From NCBI GenBank assembly GCA_045630765.1, contig JAZQTM010000104.1:671-64670 (forward strand): a stretch of DNA of 64,000 nucleotides, read 5' to 3'. Below are positions 62,130-64,000 of this stretch, in pieces. Under the pieces are notes generated by a model. The model was not told the DNA's origin, did no database searches, and saw only the letters and a list, made by a program, of their open reading frames with translations. How positions within the stretch are numbered: the stretch's first letter is position 1; the number at the start of each line of letters is the position of its first letter. This stretch comes from Acutalibacteraceae bacterium (GTDB lineage: Bacteria > Bacillota > Clostridia > Oscillospirales > Acutalibacteraceae). The position numbers and the translations under genes were made by a program.

Positions 62130-63497
62130 ATGAACTATACGGAATTCTATACCTCGCTGTCCGGTAAAAAGGTAGCAGTTTGCGGTATCGGCCGCAATAA
62201 TACCCCTGTCGTGTTGCAACTACTTGCTCACGGTGCCGACGTGACGGCTTGTGATAAACGCTCACGTGAAGAACTCGGTGAAACGGCTGACCTTTTGGAA
62301 CGTGCCGGTGCTGCGCTTCAACTTGGTGAAGGCTACTTAGACACCCTGGATGCGGATCTGATTTTACGTACCCCCGGTATGAAACCGTATCTGCCGCCGT
62401 TTGAAGCAGCACGTACTGCGGGCAAAATCGTCACTTCCGAAATGGAATTGTTTTTTGATCTGTGCCCCGCACCGATCTATGCGGTAACGGGATCAGACGG
62501 CAAGACCACCACGACCACCGTGATCGCAGGTTTGTTGCAAGCCGCGGGAAAGACGGTGCATCTCGGCGGCAATATCGGCAGACCGTTGTTACCGATTATT
62601 GAAGAAATTGAAGATTCGCATACCGCTGTGACCGAACTTTCCAGTTTTCAGTTAACGATGATGACTCAAAGCCCGAAAGTCGCGGTTGTCACCAACGTTG
62701 CTCCGAATCATCTGGATTGGCATACCGATATGCAAGAATATATTGATGCCAAAAAGAATTTGGTAGCGCATCAGCAACCGACAGACCGTGCGGTATTGAA
62801 TGCAGATAACGAGATCACGGCATCCTTTGCCGATGATTGCACGGGTGAAGTTTGGTACTTCTCGCGTCGTCATCCCGTAAAACGGGGAACTTATCTCGGT
62901 GAAGACGGGATTCTCTACGGCACGGACGGCACGAAAACGGTTGCCATTATGCCCGCCTCGGAGATCCGTATTCCGGGTGTCCATAATATCGAAAACTTTT
63001 TGGCAGCTTTTGCCGCTGTTTGGGGCGTGGTGCCGGTATCCGTAATGGCAGACTATGCCCGTACGTTCAGTGCTGTGCCGCACCGCTCGGAATTGGTTCG
63101 CGAGCGTAACGAGGTTCGTTGGTACAACGATTCCATCGGTTCCAGTCCGTCGCGCACCATCGCGGGACTCAAAGCCTTCAAGCAAAAGGTGATCTTGATT
63201 GCGGGCGGATACGATAAGCATATTCCGTACGATCCATTGGGACCTGTCGCTGCCGAAACGGTGTCTGCCGCTATCTTGCTCGGTGCTACCGCGGGTGCGA
63301 TCGAAACCGCCATACGCGCCTGTTCCGATCTGCCGATCTATCACGTTGCCGATATGGCAGAAGCGGTCAAAACAGCCGATAAAATCGCAAAAAACGGGGA
63401 TATTGTATTTATGTCACCCGCCAGCGCCAGCTTTGATATGTATAAAAACTTTGAAGAGCGCGGCGATCACTTTAAGCAACTCGTTAACAGTTTGTGA
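62130..63497 (+). CDS. murD: UDP-N-acetylmuramoylalanine--D-glutamate ligase
   Basis: Motifs KKVAVCGIGRNN and VTGSDGKTTTTT, with a Mur ligase C-terminal domain. The start is ATG at 62130 or 62109. Confidence 0.85.
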   Translation: MNYTEFYTSLSGKKVAVCGIGRNNTPVVLQLLAHGADVTACDKRSREELGETADLLERAGAALQLGEGYLDTLDADLILRTPGMKPYLPPFEAARTAGKIVTSEMELFFDLCPAPIYAVTGSDGKTTTTTVIAGLLQAAGKTVHLGGNIGRPLLPIIEEIEDSHTAVTELSSFQLTMMTQSPKVAVVTNVAPNHLDWHTDMQEYIDAKKNLVAHQQPTDRAVLNADNEITASFADDCTGEVWYFSRRHPVKRGTYLGEDGILYGTDGTKTVAIMPASEIRIPGVHNIENFLAAFAAVWGVVPVSVMADYARTFSAVPHRSELVRERNEVRWYNDSIGSSPSRTIAGLKAFKQKVILIAGGYDKHIPYDPLGPVAAETVSAAILLGATAGAIETAIRACSDLPIYHVADMAEAVKTADKIAKNGDIVFMSPASASFDMYKNFEERGDHFKQLVNSL

Positions 63498-63508
63498 GGA
63501 AATACGTT

Positions 63509-64000
63509 ATGGAATTAAAAAGTACGTTACGTGCGCTCTGCTCGGCATCCGGTGTGAACGGTTGCTGTGAAGCGGGGGATGTTGCGGCGCAGTTGTTATC
63601 GGAGTTTACCGATGACATTCACCGCGACCGCTTGGGAAACGTCCGGGGTGTGCTGAAATCCGACATTCCCAATGCGCCTACACTGCTGTTGGAAGCGCAT
63701 ATTGATGAGATTGGCTTTACCGTTACCGCCATTGACGATAACGGCTTTTTGCGCGTTGCCCCGTGTGGTGGGGTGGACAACCGCGCTTTGTCGGCGGCAC
63801 CCGTTATGGTGTTGTCTGATCCGCTTTGTAACGGTGTGTTTTGTGCGATACCGGCACACCTCGCAAAAGACGATGCACCGCTCACGGAACTGACCGAACG
63901 CGGTATTGACGTCGGTATGAGTGCCGAAGAAGCAAAGACGCGTATCCCGATCGGTACACGCGTCGTGTTTGCGGCTCATTTTGAGGAGTTATTAAATGAC
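63509..64000 (+). CDS. M42 family aminopeptidase/endoglucanase-like protein, 3' end cut by window edge
   Basis: Not in the ORF track because no stop is reached. My translation from ATG 63509 gives MELKSTLRALCSASGV ... LLLEAHIDEIGFTVTAIDDNGFLRVAPCGGVD, the M42 H.DEIG pattern. Confidence 0.65.
   Translation, partial: MELKSTLRALCSASGVNGCCEAGDVAAQLLSEFTDDIHRDRLGNVRGVLKSDIPNAPTLLLEAHIDEIGFTVTAIDDNGFLRVAPCGGVDNRALSAAPVMVLSDPLCNGVFCAIPAHLAKDDAPLTELTERGIDVGMSAEEAKTRIPIGTRVVFAAHFEELLND

Overview
The window looks like a 64 kb chromosomal segment from a Gram-positive bacterium. I infer Firmicutes/Clostridia from GGAGG-type ribosome-binding sites (RBS), lipobox lipoproteins, SpoIIE/STAS signalling genes and split secD/secF; this taxonomy is not verified. 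I support 54 protein-coding genes, 2 of them cut by the window edges, plus one tRNA-Leu(UAG). I found no rRNA, CRISPR array, transposase, integrase or phage structural gene.

Layout:
- **1-9.4 kb:** an atypical carbohydrate ABC-uptake cluster. It holds a solute-binding protein (SBP), three permeases with intact EAA loops and no ATPase. It also holds a secreted NHL-propeller/Yip1 membrane fusion, a 741 aa lipoprotein and a Thr/Ser-rich lipoprotein.
- **9.4-15 kb:** an AraC regulator, three tandem diverged GH130 glycoside phosphorylase paralogs and a fucose/arabinose-isomerase-like gene.
- **15.1-24.5 kb:** a block that appears lower in GC. Its tightly packed operon encodes a GNAT, an orphan tail-anchored protein and a 5TM/Cache-like/HAMP sensor fused to both a PP2C phosphatase and an RsbW-type kinase. 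It also encodes a STAS protein, a RelA/SpoT-type HD hydrolase, a STAS-APH kinase fusion and two paralogous membrane proteins. No sigma factor is present. This is my best candidate for an undescribed system.
- **24.5-27.2 kb:** a phosphohexomutase and manA, which complete the GH130 route to fructose-6-P.
- **27.4-34.5 kb:** a second AraC-controlled sugar locus (DUF5107-like/TPR, amidohydrolase, M55-like, xylose-isomerase-like TIM barrel, FAD oxidoreductase).
- **34.5-35.6 kb:** a repeat-dense patch with an orphan ORF next to tRNA-Leu.
- **35.6-40.1 kb:** two GHL10-like envelope proteins, one fused to an Amidase_3 domain.
- **40.1-64 kb:** housekeeping genes (birA, secDF, asnS, cca, prfC, mutY, dCMP deaminase, glgP, rlmD, DUF368, murD and others).

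All family assignments rest on motifs read by eye and remembered family signatures. No database search was run.
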